Made by a program: the position numbers and the translations under genes. The notes below the pieces were generated by a model that searched no databases, had not been told where the DNA came from, and saw nothing but the letters and a program-made list of their open reading frames with translations. From Paraphysomonas bandaiensis (Eukaryota > Protista > Chrysophyceae), in the NCBI GenBank assembly GCA_965644295.1, contig CBFFRP010000014.1, positions 1 through 64,000 of the forward strand: 64,000 nucleotides of DNA, read 5' to 3'. Of the stretch, positions 61,601 through 64,000 are shown piece after piece. Position 1 is the first letter of the stretch. Each line of letters opens with the position of its first letter.

Positions 61601-64000
61601 CTCAGCCTCAGCATATTTGTTCTCCATCGCCAACCCATCTCCCTCGAACAAAAACTTCATACCACCGTCTCTCACCAAGTAAGATTGACTCATTCCTTCT
61701 TCCATGTTCTTTAAATGATCAGATGATAATAAAGTAGTATGCTGTTTGTGTGACAAAGTTCCAACTTTCAGAGATGTTGCGATCTCCTTAGTGCCCGCAA
61801 TGGCCTCACGCAGTGACGACTGGACCTCTTCTCGCATTTTCCTAGCATTCTGGAGCATAGCACTGCCAATACCTCCCTCAAAGTCTGCACTACTTGTATC
61901 GTGACTAAACTTGCCAGTTGCCCATTTTTCAAACGCAGAGGCCAGGAACCGGCGGACACATGTCGCAAAGGCATGCCTAACGTTTCTTTTTAGCTGCCTG
62001 CGGTCAAAAACATTTCTAACCAATTTGTCAAAGTGGCCTCGCAGAAGGGCGTAGCGAGACGAGCCCCCAACCAAGTTAGACATAATACGCTGCTGTTTCT
62101 CATACTCGGTCACAAACTGCTTCATCTTTGCCTCTCGGTCCTGTTTGTCGTTTTTCCGTTCGACCAGTAATTCTGCAATTCGCTTTTTCCGTTTTTCACC
62201 ATTAATTATGGAGAGCTTTGCATTCGCTATTTCAGACAAGCACTCATCCCACGCTTTGTTCAGAGCTATCTTGAATGGAGTAACCAGGTACGTCATAGTT
62301 ACTCCTTGTAAGACATCGGAAGTAATTTGGTCGCCTTCATAATCAACAACTCGGTCTTTTTCATGCTGCAGATCCATTAACCTAGCTTGTCTGTCCTTTA
62401 GCAGCGTTGTATTATTGACTCTGTCCACTTCAATCTGCATTTTTTCCTTTTCAAGACTCTGCAGTTCGTTATCGAGTGCAATCAACTTTAGCTTAAAATG
62501 CTTCTTTCGAGTTTTGTATGGAAACGTGAAATCCTTCGGCTCTTTTTTCTTTTTCTTTCGCTGTTCTGGTGCCCCAAGCTCTATATAGCCATCATCATCG
62601 TCACTGTCATCCCCACCAAGAAGTGCCTTCTCAGCAAGCTCAGCAGCTCGATTTTCTTCTGCAATTCGGTCAGTGATAGCCTTCCACTCCGCAGCTTCTT
62701 GAACCTCAAGTGGCGTTGGTTCGCGTTGTGCAAGTTCCGCATACAGCTTATTCAAGTAGTCTTTCTTATATAGTTTTTGTACAACTCCCTGTTACATAGT
62801 AAGAAGTGACGACACCAATAATTATAATGGATATGAACTCACCGAGTAAAAATCAGAGTCAATAAATTCACCATCATGTGCCTCGACTCGATCAATCTCA
62901 TGCTGTACCTCATAGTACCGCGAGCACTCCTTCGTTACGTTGACTGGGTCACCCCATGTCACAAGTCCAGGTGGACCTCTTTTGTCATCTTTGTTAACTG
63001 CACGAATACTAATGCTGTGTACTTTCGTCGAAGTTGGGAGATTTCGAATAACAAAGCTGCCAACACAGTAGATTAGAAATATGACTGTCACGGAAAAGAG
63101 AGCGCAGAACAGCTCGAATGACTTACTTTGTATCGCTATTTGGTGTGACCACAGTTTTGTCTTTCGAAATCATATGGGCCCGAGAAGTAGAGGTCACATG
63201 TCTCTCTACCACAACATATTTAATTTCATAGTGAGATATCTCAACTCCGCCGTCGAAAAAGGGCGGAGACCAGTCAAGGTGAATGCAGGTGGAGGTGACT
63301 TCGCTGACATGAACAAACTGTGGTGCCCATGGAAGTGTCGACGCAGCAGTAGTAATGATAGACGGCCCTCCAGTCTGCACAAGATCGGTCCATTCCCCGC
63401 AGCCCTGAAGATTAATGGCCCGTACTTGGAAGTCCGTGTAGCTGAATCCCGCAGTCAAACCCATTATTTTGAAACCAGTGTGACAGACAGGATCACGAAG
63501 GCACCAGTTGCTTGTAAAGACTCTGGGTTGGTCTACCACTTTCACAACCCGCATCTTGGTGGTTGTATCCATATATGCCATGTGTTGACTATATCGTATT
63601 TCATAGTCTGTAATTGGCAATCCGCCGTCAAAAACGGGTGGATCCCAGGCGAATTCAATAAAGCGATGTCCCTTGCGTACATATCGACAATTCCTCGGCG
63701 GTTGTGGCTTGAAAGTCGTCAGAGACGTTTTAAGGTCTACATCTACGTCGAATACTGGTGGACGAGTATCAGTTGTTGACTTCCCTGCATTACGCTGACA
63801 CGACTCCCGGTGTAAGTCAATAAGATGTGCCAAAATCTTTCGCTTGCAAACCTCGCACTCCTTGAAGCGTGCCTCGAGTTCGACCTTATTGTTGGAAGTC
63901 AACATGTCAATCATAGAGTGCTCAACTTCAGGTACAGCTTTAGGTTCGACCAGACTTTCTCTCATTTTCGTGATGCGCTTTTCTAGATCTGTAAGGGCAT
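58663..64000 (-). CDS. Large multidomain protein, 5' end outside window: Zn-finger-like, 2 FN3, coiled coil, TPR, coiled coil, WD40 propeller, LysM
   Basis: WDPPVFDGGLPITDYEI and WSPPFFDGGVEISHYEI (FN3); AICHGRLGKLY, AEAYFGLG (TPR); many GH...SGSAD...WD repeats; YHSMDKGDTLPGIARLYDI...LMKWNGI...PGMRLIV (LysM); intron 59916-59964. Confidence 0.9.

Overview
Eukaryotic nuclear DNA with short (about 50-60 bp) GT-AG introns. The gene content looks stramenopile-like, possibly chrysophyte (inference). Host genes: a 3'-truncated alditol-oxidase-like flavoprotein, HscB/HSC20, a ~2,720-aa TPR/coiled-coil protein, an AGC kinase, a ~2,500-aa ARM-WW-PH protein resembling the apicomplexan glideosome-associated connector (GAC), a dual-specificity phosphatase, an EF-hand/PE-repeat/C2 protein, a PH-containing formin, a stand-alone PH protein and a FN3-TPR-WD40-LysM protein running off the right edge. 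These are separated by dense, nested transposon islands (1-7.2 kb, 21.6-23.8 kb, 35-43.5 kb, 52.4-58.4 kb). Highlights: (i) an apparently young IS630/Tc1-type DD34E transposon (36092-39566) with identical 198-bp TIRs, each leading directly into one of two convergent genes, the transposase and an unrecognised intron-containing ~543-aa accessory gene; (ii) a DNA-transposon family with GTCG...CGAC ends whose GHTHEDID-type transposase carries a Tudor-like C-terminal domain; (iii) a tandem array of 66-nt pre-miRNA-like hairpins next to a long foldback; (iv) the GAC-like gene outside Apicomplexa. All homology calls come from motif reading and recall; no searches were run.
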